Assembly: GCF_026571515.1 (NCBI RefSeq)
Contig: NW_026858743.1
Coordinates: 1 to 64,000, forward strand
Length of the DNA stretch: 64,000 nucleotides
Origin: Ruditapes philippinarum
Taxonomy: Eukaryota
Reading direction: 5' to 3'
The stretch's first letter is position 1, and every line of letters begins with the position of its first letter. Position numbers and translations under genes: made by a program. The notes under the pieces are model-generated. The model saw only the letters and a program-made list of their open reading frames with translations, made no database searches and was not told the origin of the DNA. Shown here in pieces: positions 10,448 to 24,061 of this stretch.

Positions 10448-13400
10448 TAGAATTCCAAAATGGACATATAAGTGAACCTCGTACACTTGTTCGTACTTAG
10501 TCACAATCTAAGGGAGATAACAATCTTACCAAAGTTTCTTTGCCTATAATCACGTATAGTTCAAATTTGAATTATAAAAACAAATCTAGTAAACAGTGTA
10601 TTCCAGAAATTATAGTTACACCCCCTCCAAATGATGTTAAAAATGACCAAAAGCTTATTTCTCTAGAAATTCCTAGTAAAATTGAAGGCCAAGAAGTAAT
10701 ACAACCCAAACTGGAAGTTATGGGTCAGAAAGTATATCGTTCTCAAAACGAAAGTGAAAGTAGACCTTTAGCTTTCAAAACTGAAAGTTGTCAAAAATCT
10801 GTCATTTCCGACCAAAACTTAATCAAACATAACTCTGGGAAAAGTGAATTAGTTTCAGAACTTAAAAATGTTGACAAAACTTCTTGTTATTATGTAAAAA
10901 GTAGACTTAGGTTTCTCTTAAGGAGGAATGTTAATTGATACTGGGGAACCCCAGTTTGTCTATTTTGTCAATGTTCATGCTATAAAAGGCTTCCAAGAAT
11001 AAACCCAAAACTAAGCTGGGCAAAAATACATTGTTATCACACAGTAAATTTGTGCCAAATTACAAGAATCAGAGACAATTACAATCCTGCTAGAGTAGAA
11101 ATGACTATTAATGCAACCATAAATGGTAATTGCTTAAACAGATATAATATACTAGACCCTACTCACATATTTCATAGATAAGGGTAAATTTTAGTGCTTC
11201 GATCTTTGATTGATACTGAAGAAAATAAGACAATTCTATCAGTTATGAATATAAATGATCAGCCTGTGAATTTGAAAACCCAAACATGGGGAGGGTCTTA
11301 CGCTCATTAACTGAAATTTCCGAAATTTTTCAAGAATTTAAAAATTCTAATTTTCTCAGTTAGATAAACTTTTTAAAAGACTGTGTTTTACCCACACATT
11401 TGGGGTCCTGTTTTTTGGTTTTTGGAAAAAAACCTGTATAAGGAAACAAAAAAATCAAGAGGTCAAAATCCCCTTTTAAACCCATTTTGAAGGGCATATT
11501 TTTCCGGTCCCCGAAAGGGAAAAGGGAAGGCCAAACAAATTTTTCTGAGCATTTTTTTTTTAACACTTTTTGGGTTTAAAAAACCCGTGCAATGAAAGGC
11601 TTTTGGAGAATCCCATATATTTACAAAGAAGGGGTTTAATTCCCGAGATTGACAAAAAATGTTAGAACAAGAAAGTCATAGAACCGTGTAAAATTTTCCC
11701 CTTGGGTGTTTAGGAAAAATTTTTTAGTTAGAAAAAAAGGGTAACAAATAAGAATTTTGGTTTTTAAACTTTAAAGGGGGTTTGAAACTTTAGCAACTAA
11801 AATTTTTATGCTTTCCCTTTTCCTTTGGATTGATGAAAAAAATTTGAAACCAATTTTTTTTCAAACAGGGGGGGATTTTTTCACTTTTTTAGATTTTGGC
11901 CAAACGGTTACTGGGAATTTTAAATTAAAAGGGGTAAAGGGCTCAAAATAAAACAAGTTTCCCGGATCCCGGGGAAGGGGCCCAAATTTTCTTTTTTAAA
12001 AATTATGCCCAAATTTCCGGTTTTAAAAAAATTTCCCCTGCATATTTTAGAGATTTTTTTGGAAAGCTTTTTCTTTTCCGGGTTTTTGGTTTTTAGAGAT
12101 GTTTTTGTGTAAACTTTGTGATTTTTTGTATTTTAAAAGGGGAAAAACAATTCAATGAAGCATAAAAAAAATTCTGTTTTTTGGGAAATTCAAAAAAGAA
12201 TTTTAAGAAATGCTAAAACCCTTTTAAAATTTAAAGTCAACTCAATGTAAACTGCTTTCAAAAGGAAGTTATATTTTTTAGGGCATAAAGTTTCTGCTAG
12301 TTGGTAATTACTTGTGAACCAATCAAAAAATAGAAAGTACACATATTGGCCAACCTCTACTAATGAAACATGAAAAGTTATGTCATGGCTAGGTATCTGT
12401 GGGTACTATAGGAAAATGATTCAAAAACTTTGCCGAAATCTCATTACCTCTAACGAGACTCACAAGAAAGAATGCTAAATTTAAATGGGATGTAAAGTGA
12501 AAATGAGGCATTTGAGAAATTATAAACTTGTCTTGTTAATCCTCCTATTTTGGCTTTTCCCTGAGGAAAATGGTAGTAAATTTATTTTGGATACTGACGC
12601 AAGCGCTGATTCTATATATCAGGAATAATTTCTCAAGTTCAAAATGGACAAGAAAAAGTGTTGGCTTATGGCAGTAAAATTCTTAACCCCCGCACAAAGA
12701 TATTATTGTACAAACAAAAAAGGGAGTTATTTGCTATAGTTCATTTCATACAACATTATAAACACTATAGGGGAAGAAATTTTTTGGTTCGCTCCGATCA
12801 TAAAAGTTTGACATATCTTCAAAAATTTAAGGAGCCTGAAGGAATTCTGGCACGTTGGATAAATATTCTTGGTGCCTATGAATTTGACATTGAATATAGG
12901 CAAGGTACAAAGCATTTAAATGCAGATAATCTTTCTAGAAAAATAAAAAGGCCATGCAAAATAACTAATTGTCAGGAGTTTGTTAGTACTTTTCAAAAAT
13001 CAAAAAATTATTGAAAGCAACAAGTATGTTAGCATAAACCCTATAGGTCAAGGTAATTCGCAATTACAATCTGACACGAATAAAAAATCTTGAACCAAAA
13101 CTGGTTGTTTCATTGGTCCAGTAAAGAATTACTTAAAAAGTTTTTAAAATTTAAAAGACATCTAAAATTTGTCTGAAATAATTTGGTTAAAAAGAGAAAT
13201 TTTTTAACAAAAAACCTAAAAAAAATCAGGCCCATTTAAATCTGCACGCAGATTTATTAAATTATGGCAAAAAAAAGGGAAAAACTTGAAAAAACCGTTA
13301 AACTTTTTATAATTAAAGAACTTTAAAGTCAAAATAAAGTTTATCAATTAGTAAACCCCTGAGGGAAATTAGGAAAATTTTATTTTTAAAGGGAAACTTC

Positions 13401-14650
13401 AAAGAACGAGATAGTCTGGCCATTTGGGACGAGAAACGGGAACTTAGAAAAGGGAAATTAAAAGTAGGGGTTTTTAAAATGGTTTTGTTATGGCTAATGA
13501 TACATAGCACTTTTGGGTTCGCCAGTGTGAAAGCTGTGCAAAAAGAAACCAGACCCTGGGAAAGGGAAATCTCACTTAAAACAAATTAAGGCTCATCGTC
13601 CTATGGAAATTTTAGCTATAGATATTTTGGTCCCTCTCCCTTTAACAAACCAGAATAATGAGTATATTATAGTCTGTGGGTGTTACTTTACTAAATGGAC
13701 AATGGCTTTTGCTGTTCCAAATCATACAGCTTATACTGTAGCGGATACCCTTATTACTCAGGTGTTTTTTACAATATGGGTTTCCTGCTCAAATACATAC
13801 AGATCAGGGGAGAGAATTCGAGTCTCAATTATTTTCAAGTTTGTGTTCCTTATTAGATATTGATAAGACTAGGACTTGTCCTTATAACCCGAAATCGGAC
13901 GGGATGATTGAACGTGCTAATAAGACTATAGTGCAGATGTTATCTCATTTTGTTTCCCTTATAGAAAATCAAACAGACTGGGATGACCATCTGTGTTATG
14001 TCTTAGCAGCCTATCGTTCTACACAACATAAAAGTATGGGTTGTACCCCAAATTTACTTATGTTAGGGAATGAGTTGGATTGTCCTATTGATTTAATGGT
14101 AGGACTTCCACTATATACTACAGAAGTAGAATGTCCAATTGAATATGTTCAATGGGTGAAAACTTCTTTGAGACAATCATATGAATTTGCTTTTGACCAA
14201 TTGAATATAGCTGCTAGTAGGCAGAAGAAGTACTATGAAAGAGATTTAAAACCTAGGGAATTTTTAAATGGATACTGGGTTTGGAGATGGTATCCATCCT
14301 CTGTAAATAAAAAATTGAAACAAGGTTGGATAGGCCCATATCTCGTTTTGAGAAAAATTACATATTTGACTTATAAAATTCAGAAGTCTGAGGATTCTAA
14401 TCCTATTCCGGTTCATGTAGATCACTTGAAAATTTATGAGGGAAAAATGCCCCTAGCAATTGGTTAAGGGCAAATCAATATGTAAATTTGGAGTCTGAAT
14501 CTCCTAATCAAATGTTATGTTCTGAAAATGAAAATACAAATGTTCAAATTAATTCAGATGATTGAAAAGAATAAAAACAAAGAAATTCCTTTTGTACCAA
14601 GGTCTAGGCGTGAAAGACAAATAAAACCCAGAGAAATATTATCAATGTAG
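10394..14650 (+). pseudogene. pol: Gypsy pol (protease, RT, RNase H, integrase), fragmented
   Basis: ORF-track fragments 12658-13014 (RNase H) and 13603-14467 (integrase core, GWIGPY); domain order PR-RT-RH-IN. Confidence 0.88.
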
Positions 14651-15178
14651 GGTTTTTACTTAAGCACACGGTGCTTAATCATTTAGCTGTCAACAATTAA
14701 GACATAAGGCTTAATTATAGTACATAATCTGTAAATAAGTGGGTTCAGCAATTAAAGTTGCTTTTAGGAAATTAAATGATATCAATCATACTAGTTGATA
14801 TAATTATATAATATGACATTTTTGTTGTATACATGTTTTTTACATGACCTAGAACTATGTAGAATGTAAATATTTCTATTTAACTTTATTAAAATTAAAA
14901 GAAATATGAACACAGGATTGATTGTGTTTTATTAAGATAATTGTGCTTAAAGAACTGTTACATATGTAAGAGTTAATGTTAGCAAATGTAAATATTAGGG
15001 TTCAATGCTTAGTGTTAATTAAAATAGGAATATTTTCCTATGATTAAGAGTAATTTCATGAAGTATTGATTGATTGTTATTGTTTATGTACTATATACAT
15101 GATATAATGATCATTTATTTGTTTTTTCAATATTTCAGTTTGTAATCAATTTCTACAATACATTATCATTGATCAAGT

Positions 15179-15729
15179 ATGGCTGATAGACCTATACGGC
15201 CACGTCAGGGGGCATGCTGCCCAGTGCCAAACTGCAGGACAGATACCTTTTTTACCAAGTATAATGACTTTGCGAAACATTGGTCGAACAGGCACATCTA
15301 CATGAGGACAGTCTTTGTCTGTGTAACTTGTATAAAAGTATTGACACGAAAGTATGATGCTAAAAGACACAATTCTTCAGCCGGGAAAGCTCATGTTTGT
15401 TAAGAAGAGAGGGCAGTCAACCCTACATATCGAGATCCAGGTCAATGCCAGGAAATTTGTTTACCCTGACTTGGCAGGAACGGCAGAGAAGGCCTGAGGA
15501 GGATCAAAGACAGGCTGATCAGGAAAGAAGGAAAAGAGAGGAGGAGGAATTGAGAAGGGTACAGGAAAGGGAGGAGCGAAAAGAAAGAGACAGACCGGAG
15601 AGACAGGCACGGGCACAGAATGAGATTTTGGACAACTGGTACAACAGGAATGTTGAGCTAAAATTATCTTGGAAAGAATTTTACAGTCTTAAAAATTTCC
15701 ATTTCAAAACCCCAAGCAAAACTATATAA
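15179..15729 (+). pseudogene. Accessory ORF in env position: two C2H2-type zinc fingers followed by an R/E-rich coiled coil
   Basis: CPVPNC...HWSNRH and CVTC...KRH...AH; reads in frame through one TAA (15401-15403) into EERAVNPTYRDPG; charged helix in a shifted frame; splice acceptor tatttcag at 15131-15138. Confidence 0.6.
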
Positions 15730-16161
15730 AAATTTAAAATTGGTGAAAATTTGGGGTTTTACATTTGGGTTTTTATTTTTGGTTGGTTTTTTTAAAAAGG
15801 GTTGGGTTAATAATTCCTTGTTTAAATTTTTTTAATTAAAAAAAGTTTTTTTTAATAATCATTTCATTTCAGGGGTGGGGACTTATTTTTGTTTTTTAAT
15901 AAGTTTTTTTGAAATAAAGTTCTGAACAAAAAAAATTCTTCATTGAAGAAATTTTTGATTGCTTTTATTTAAAAATTTTTTATGTTTACCTTTTATCCGT
16001 ACAAATTTTGATATAAATTTATTTGTTAAAATATCTAAAATCTAAATTTTTTGGGGTAAAAATAAAACCCTTTTTTTTTCCCCTTTTAAAAGTTAAATAC
16101 TACCTTTTAAATTTTTTTTGGTATTCCTTTTTTTTGAACCCACACGTTTTTTTAAATTTTT

Positions 16162-17096
16162 AAAGGAAAAGGGGGAATGTAATAAAAACCATATTTTGAT
16201 AAAATAATTTTAGTTATCAATTTCAAAAACATTCAATTTGTTTTGTCCCCAAATTTTTTGGGTTCCTTTTTCCCCCAAAAGTTTAAACTTGTTAAAGTCC
16301 CTTTGATTGGCCTTTTTGATTTAGATTTAGATTTTTATTGGTCCACTTGAAATTTAAAAAAATTCGAAATTTGTTCCCGAAAATTTTTTTATGAAATAAA
16401 TTTTTTACTTTTCAGTCCTTTTAGTTAAGCATTTGGGCAAAAGACTAACCAAAAAGGGGGATAAAATACCGGGTGAATTTTTTTATTAAAAATCTTTTTC
16501 TTGGGGCTGGCCGACAGGTCAGTTCAATTCAAAATCCTTTAAAAAGCTTTTGGGGACTCTTTCAAAAACTTAATAGTTTTTTAAAATCTCTTTTAAATCT
16601 AATATTTGAAGAATTTAGGCTAAACTTTTTTAAAAAAATACTTAGAAAAATTTTTTTTAAAAAAAATCACTTCGTTGGGTTTGGTAGAAATTTTGCTTAA
16701 AATTATATAGTCTTTTTCAATTTTCTTTTTTTTTAATAAAATTTTTACGAATTTTTCGTTTTTAAAAAAAGTCTTTGGAAATTTTTCCCTTTTAATAAAA
16801 ACCCCGTAAAAAGTTAAAATTTAAAAGTCCCTTTGTTATAAAATTAAACTTAATAAGAGTAAATTTTAAAAGGGAGCGTCCTAAAAACCACCATTTCCCA
16901 GCCACTGGTTGGCAATTAAGAGTTCAGAGGGAAACCCGGGGAAAGTTTCCGTTTTAAAGATATATTTGTGACACCGAAGGGCGTCCGTATAGTAATTTTT
17001 TTCCATTTTATTTTTAGTCTTTTCCAAATGTGGCCAAATGAGTGTTGGGCCGGGAAACAAATTGAACCACTTTATAAATAAACCGGCACTATTACA
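16162..17096 (+). repeat. Polypurine tract (16162-16177) and putative 3' LTR (16178-17096)
   Basis: AAAGGAAAAGGGGGAA immediately followed by TGTAATA; perfect inverted terminus TATTACA at 17090-17096; interior is low quality. Confidence 0.6.
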
Positions 17097-18179
17097 CATA
17101 ATTTTATAAAATAAAAGTTATTTATGTATGGCCATTCTATTGGATCTTTCCGGTTATTCGTAGCGGAACATTTAGCCAGACCTTTTCCATTAATTGCTAG
17201 GTCAAATGCTCACAAACAGTATCACACTCATAACCACATGTTTTTTGTGCAAACCAGGTCAACCAGACTGAGTAACTATGTATTCACTCAGTGTAGCAAC
17301 TGGATAACAAGTTAGCCAATTTAAATAAAACTGTAAACACATCTGATGGAAGGGAGACAACTCTGCAAGAATTTCCAATATAACTTACAGAGTTACCTCT
17401 CTTCTCATTCCCTATTCATATGCATATTACAACTTAATATAGAAAACTATTGCTAATCTTGTTCTAAAAGACTTAAAGAATTTCTGGTACTATTCCTCTA
17501 CAGTGAAAACCCTAGTCATCTTCTCTTCCTTAAAACCATAAAAATAGACAGCAATATATTCTTAAACCATAAAATCATAATTTGGATAAAATTATTTCGC
17601 ATAATTGTAAAGATAAAAATAAAACACCATTCAAATTTAGTGACTGTACATATAACATCTTTGCTTAAAAATAAAATAAAAGAAGATTGAGGAACCAGTT
17701 ACTATAATCATTAACTATTTAACTATGTGTATATTCACCCTGTCAAGAGACCTAGAGAGTTTTGTACAAATATCCTTGTCTAATGATTAAAAGTATTAAA
17801 ATGTTACCAACCAACCAAATAATCAGGCTTATAAATACACTGATTAGTACAATTTCTCAATAATATAAGGTAAGACCCTCAGTTTGTTGGATAAAATGTT
17901 TAATAATTAAAAGTAACCTCATAAGAAAATACAACCAGTTAGTTCTACTTTTAAGAATATTGAAACAGGATTTTGCAGCACAATTCATAATTTACGTATT
18001 GGAAAAAAATGATTTAATTATCATGGGATAGCCATTCATCTTACTTCTCGTATAATACAATGTTTTGTATAAACATGTACTTAACAAATGAAACCATTAT
18101 TCTCGTAAAATGTTGATAAACAATATAGGAAAGAAACACACTAATACTTGAATTATCAAGAGGAAACAAAAAGGTTAAA

Positions 18180-19640
18180 TGTTACATTGAACTAATTAAC
18201 TAGTTCTTTGGTCACAGACATGTCTGCAGATAAACAATAACTCTGAAACACTGCTAGAAAATATATCGCTTAATTTTAACAAACAAATTGCAATTATGAA
18301 ACATATTATTCAAGAATCAGAAATGTGATAAGTTTTACATCACATTACTCTCTGAGCAAAAACTTGGACTTTGCTCTAGACAACAATTCCCGTGTACATC
18401 CTGCAAATTAATTACAAGCAAGATGGAGACATTTACTAAGTGGCCTCGAAGTAACGCGAGGGTTATCGCCATGCTAATTGATTCGGAACTCCAGAAAACA
18501 TCTGTTGGGATTGAGAAAGTAAACTTGTTATTAAACATCAATCAATAGACCAGCCCTTAGCAGGAGTTATATGCAGAATTTAGTGAATACTGCAAGTCTA
18601 AACACAGTACAGCTCAACAATGAAGATATGGAGGAGAACAGGAAACGTGTTATCCAACATATCACGGAAAATCAAGACGCCCATCAGAACCATCTGAATT
18701 TGTCGTTTTAAGATACATTCAATGATATCAGAGTGGTTTCATCATTCAACCTGTACAGGCTGCTTGGCAGGCTTATGGTGTTGCCATTAAAATCATAACA
18801 GTTATAACTATATAGCTGAACTCGCAGTGCAAAATATGCTTTGCTAGACTTGTGCATATATGCCAAACCAGGGATTCGAGGAAAGTTGTCTAGCCATTCC
18901 GATTGTATAGCAACAGTGTCATACATGCGGCCAAATCATTCAGGCTGTCGCCATGCTAGAAGGGTTCGAGCTTCAAATAATAATCCATTATTGTTTTAAG
19001 GAGATATACTTTCTAGCAATGCAAGACAGCAAGGTACTGTAACTTTAGTAAATGATATTAAAGCTAGATGTTTCTATAGGCTTCTGTTTTCGGCTAAAAT
19101 ATAATTATTGTGTTGTTGCTGTTATTTAAACATGTACAAATATTTTAAATGAAATATGGTTAAACCAAAGCTAGAAGCAGCGCCATTATTTTAAATCTGC
19201 GCCTAAAATTATCTTTCTCAACACAGAAGCGTGACGGATTCAACAGAACAGTGTTATCTACCTTGGCTAAAAAAATAAATTTGGTAAGAAAATTTGCTGA
19301 CTATCTTGCCACAGACACAATTCATTGAAGGGTTCAGGTTTTCATCTTGCTAGATGTACAAGTTAGAACAGTACACTGAAGAATACAAACAAGAAGTATC
19401 TTTAAAAAAGATACACGGACGAAATAAAACTGCTTTCAGGTTAATTCGGAGTTTTGACACAGCTTTTAATTTTAAGATCTAGTAAACACTGAAAGATATG
19501 ATGACGTGATTCTGTGAGTGTACCTTACACTTACAAGTACCATGTAATTAGATTATACTTTATTAATGTGCAAAAATATATCGAAACCTTGAAATTTATA
19601 TTCATTGGACACATCAATAATCATAAGATATATCATGAGC
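18180..19640 (+). other. Coding-like decayed segment of unknown origin, duplicated at 42380-43560
   Basis: Higher complexity and GC than flanks, broken reading frames, clear paralogy; no family recognised. Confidence 0.3.
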
Positions 19641-19761
19641 ACTGAACATAATTTACAGATGTTTTGTGCAAAACTTATAGAATGTCATTTATAGCTCAGT
19701 CGATAAATTCTTATATTGAATAAGCTATTCACTAGAGAATTAATAAATCTCCGAGAAAATT

Positions 19762-20889
19762 GCAGATTATTTTATGATATCCTTATTGACGCTGACAATC
19801 TAGTTGTTTCTAACAAATGGGTTAATTCTGTAGGACCTATATCACAGAAGGAGTTTTTTAGATTCTTGTACAAGTTTAAATACTGTGAAAGAGATAAAAT
19901 TGAAAGATTTTCAGTATAAGATTTATCAAAAAAGTCTTGTGACAAATACATTTTTACATCGAATAGATATTAGAGATAAAAATGTATGTTCATATTGTAA
20001 CATTGATAGAGAAACGATTGAACATTTATTCTATCAATTCCCGTATACCAATACGTTTCTTTTAGAATTGTAAGACTGGCTTAGAGAGTGTTTTGTCGAA
20101 TGTGATATTTCAGACATGAAAGGCATACTGTTCTCGTATAATGGAAAACATTCTATTTTGATTTTTGTAACATTATTAGCAAAATACTATGTTTATAAAA
20201 CAAAATTTAGAGAAAATTGTCAAAATTACTTGAATATAAATAATTATGTTTTTAATATACTTAAAAAGAAAATTAAAAAATCAAGAATATATAGCTTTTT
20301 TTAAATGGAGATGTGATTTCTTTTAATAAATTGTGGCAAAATTTTATTCAGAAATTATCCCTTGATGATGAGTAACCTTATATTTTATATCAGAATACCG
20401 ATAAGGAAATTATAACAACATAAAAGATTTTTAAAATATAATCAGACAACCTAAATAAGAAACATACATACAGGCCTCTATACGAACAACGTTGATTTTT
20501 TTCTATTTGTTTTTTGTTTTTTGTTGTTGTTTATTTTCAATCAATGTGACTTTATATTAATATATATATTTTATCATATACATTGTATAAGTAAGAAACA
20601 ATACTTGTGTGTACTTGATTATATATATTTTATCTACTAACCTTGTTGCATTATTATGTAGCATGTCATAATTTCATAGCCCATGAAGTCTTATAATTTA
20701 TAATTTACATAATTATGTTGTCCTTGTCATATGTGTGTGTGTATATATATATATATATGTATATTGTTTGTAAGTAAACTTGTAAGGTGAAATAGCGGAT
20801 GGATCCCCGACCCTATTTTACCCATGACGGGGACAATAAACGAAGTTACCTGTTGGGCTTCAAAAAAATAAATAAATAAATAGAAAAAA
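19762..20889 (+). mobile_element. 5'-truncated L1/Tx1-type LINE with 17-bp TSD
   Basis: KLKDFQYKI...CSYC...ETIEHLF zinc-finger tail, A-rich 3' end, TSD AAATCTCCGAGAAAATT at 19745-19761 and 20890-20906; absent from copy B. Confidence 0.88.
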
Positions 20890-23538
20890 AAATCTCCGAG
20901 AAAATTTAACTAGCTAGTTTATTAAAGTTCATGTAATGAACCATAAGAGCAAAAATATAAATTGTTCAGTCCTATGTCTACGGCTCCCTACGTCTCTAGG
21001 ATCTCTGAAACGAAACTGTAAATAGCCTTGCTTGCTCAGAAAAAATGTCCAAAAAATACCATAACCATGCAAGACACGTGGGCTAATCAATTTCTGTCTG
21101 CACTCTTCTATAACCTCATCTATACCTTTATATCAATAACATATCTACAAAGGTATTAAAACAAGTCGTTCTGAAATAAACTTTAAATCTAATATAAATA
21201 TCTAAAAATACAATAAAAGCTTAATTTCGAAAATAAAAAATAATATTTGTATTTTAAGATATTGCTCAGTGTTGTTTTCTTTATTTTTTTCTGAAGATCT
21301 GAACAATTGAAGACGACTTTTAATCAAAGGGAGACTTCTCCAAGACATTTTGGGCATGTTTTAAAGTCAAATTAATTATCTTTTCTTTTTTTGTTGTTGT
21401 TGTTGCAAATTCTTTTTTTTTATTAAAACAGTCGAAAATCCGTTAACTAAGCTTCCTTACTTATTTTATATTTCATGCAGAAATGAAATCAATTATTATA
21501 ATTTATCACGAATTATCAAAGGAAAGTAAATGCTAACATATTTGTTATATAAAGTTACCTAAGTTATCTCCCTTCCCTTGTCACAATCACTATTTTTCAT
21601 TAAAACTGCATGTTTTCTTTTTTGTTGATTATATTGAAATGCATTACTGAATTTCTCAAATATAAAACAAAATGTATTGTAGTTAAATTTGATAATGTTA
21701 GGTAAAGATAGACAAAATTCTTCAGCATAACATATCATGTATGTATTCAAATTCTTTTCAAGTACTTTCTTATCTCATTAAACATAATAATGTTTCATAA
21801 ACCATTATTTTTCAGTTATATATGTTCAGGTCATGTGTCATTTATGTATTATATGTGGTATTTGTATATGTAATTTGGTGATGTGCTTGTTATGCTTAAA
21901 CTAAGTAGTAAAACTTCTGTTCTGTTTTTTTAAAGCTTGATAGACATTTGTTTCTATGATTGAATACATTTAAAGTTTAATTGCATTTGCATCCTGTTAA
22001 AAGTTCAAACTGCTATGAAAGTATGAAAAATGCTTCATTGTTTGGTTCGTTTTACGGCACACCAACACAGTTCTAGTGAATAACGTTTTCAAAAAAGAAG
22101 CTTAATGTATGATCATGTGAAATAGGACAGAATAAATGATGACGTGAAACATGCGAACACGCACATCAAAATAAGATTCCAACATTTCATTTCTCTGGTA
22201 AATTCTGGTTGGTTTTAACAGCACATCAACATTGTTCTAGTGAATAACGTTTTCAAAATGAAGTTTTATGTATGTTATAAAGTATTAGACAATATAAAAC
22301 GATGACGTGAAACAACGAAAATTGTACATATCAATTTCAAATTAAATTCCAATAATTAATTTATCTGGTTAATTTGTTTAGAAAAAGGTATGAAATTGTG
22401 TTATTCTGTCGATGATATCACAATGAATGATTCAGTGAGGTAAGGGAAAGCATCGTAACATAATGTAAACATTTTGTATAGCAATTTAATATACTTTATA
22501 AATCATGGCATACAAATTGATATATAATTCATTTTGCTATAACTTTATCAATTGAACTTGTGAATAATAGGTTTATAATAAACAATAAATAAAAATAAAA
22601 ACAGCTACAGCACATTGGACTCTAAACTGGAATAACATATCTAGTCTTTAAAATTGTAAGAGTTGTAAATGCGTCTTTTGATGTTTCTACACTTAATTAT
22701 TTGTATGAATATTTTATAAACTACATTATTTTTGGTCTTTTAGTTTGCAAGGAAATTTAACACTTAAATGTATATGATATAATCGATAGAGAAAAACCAC
22801 TGTAGAGGAACGGAGCTAAAGTCGTAACCTTGATATTTCTGAGTATCAAACATAACAAAAACACGTTAAAATATTGGTGTTGTCATACAATCTGATTCTC
22901 CCAATGCTAAGCAGGTTATAAAATGTTCAAAGAACAGTATGTTATTATTCATCAAGCAAATGTCCATAATATAGACATAAGAACTTTTTCAACATTAATT
23001 TTCGAGACTTATATTATTAGAATATCCAAATAGTAAATATTTATCATTTTATACATTTTATAACACAACAATGGAATTCAATTCAATTCCAAAAGCTATC
23101 AGTTATGTTACAATAAATATGAAAAACCTGTTTATGTAAATAAATATGTAATTTTCTATTTCTATATTCAGAATCCGCATTTGCAGGAATATTGAAATTC
23201 GTTTTAAGTAATATACGGACTTATTATAAAGCCTCGTTCTCGCCCCGTTATCTCAAATCATCATATATTAGTCATATACGAGCTCATATATGGTCCAGTC
23301 TCGCATTTTACCCCCCCCCACACACATATAATTGATATAATTGATACGGAATTCCGTACACTTCCGTATATCTATAATATAAATTTTTTGCAGTGCTCGC
23401 CAGTGGCATAAATAAAACCACCATGTCATTACAGTATACTCTAAGTGTAAAGGGTTCTCAATATTTTTAATAACAGAATATGTTGTTCCTATTGTAATAG
23501 GGTTTCAATTATTTCTTGCATGTTCCATTTCCTCTTAA

Positions 23539-24061
23539 CCAATAACTTCATTAGCATTTTGTGAAAAATGGCTGTTTTCATTGAAAAGTCTCTCGTTACA
23601 AGTTCAAATTTTATGAAACTATAAAAACTGCTTCAATACTATTCAAACTTGGTAGACTTGATAATTGCCTCAGTCTTGAATTTTCTGGTACTATGACAAC
23701 GAGGGGACGACTCAAAATTGCCAAAAATCACTATTTTGAGTTGATTTTTTCCCATCAAAATTGATTTCAAAGTGCTGCAACTTCTCAATGGATTGAGATA
23801 GCGTCAAAGGCTTTTCAGCGTTGGTTACACATTACCTTATGATCGACCTGGGATCATTTTAGCCTCTCACAAGTCCAAAATTTTCTTGGCGATGAGGAGG
23901 ACTACCGCCCCCTTCAAACCCCCACCCAAACAGAAGTGCCACACCCCAACATCTCTAAAAAACAAGTGATGGGGGCCTAAATAAGGCATTTTTCACTATT
24001 TAAGACAACAAATAGGGGATCGGGTAACAATGCGTTGAAGGCGTGTATATCGGGTAATGGG
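23539..24061. mobile_element. piggyBac-like non-autonomous element in TTAA
   Basis: TTAA|CC...GGG|TTTA; empty site CTCTTAATGAGATAAA at 52571 in copy B; TIRs decayed. Confidence 0.55.

Larger units (their letters stand above)
7691..17096 (+). mobile_element. Degraded Ty3/Gypsy LTR retrotransposon (gag-PR-RT-RH-IN, accessory ORF, PPT, 3' LTR); 5' LTR not identified, possibly in the gap
   Basis: gag PDHFDG..EWSDY..HFEQVANWNSW (~9372-9450); CCHC knuckle (10317-10357); protease LIDTG (10931-10945); RT remnants (11660-12250); RNase H FILDTDAS (12581) and RELFAIV; integrase D-D-E and GPY (13603-14467). Absent from copy B. Confidence 0.9.

Noticed and set aside
8604-17096. Steamer element of clam transmissible neoplasia
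   Set aside because: A long putative LTR, frameshifted gag-pol and an extra ORF do not fit Steamer's short-LTR, single-ORF layout.
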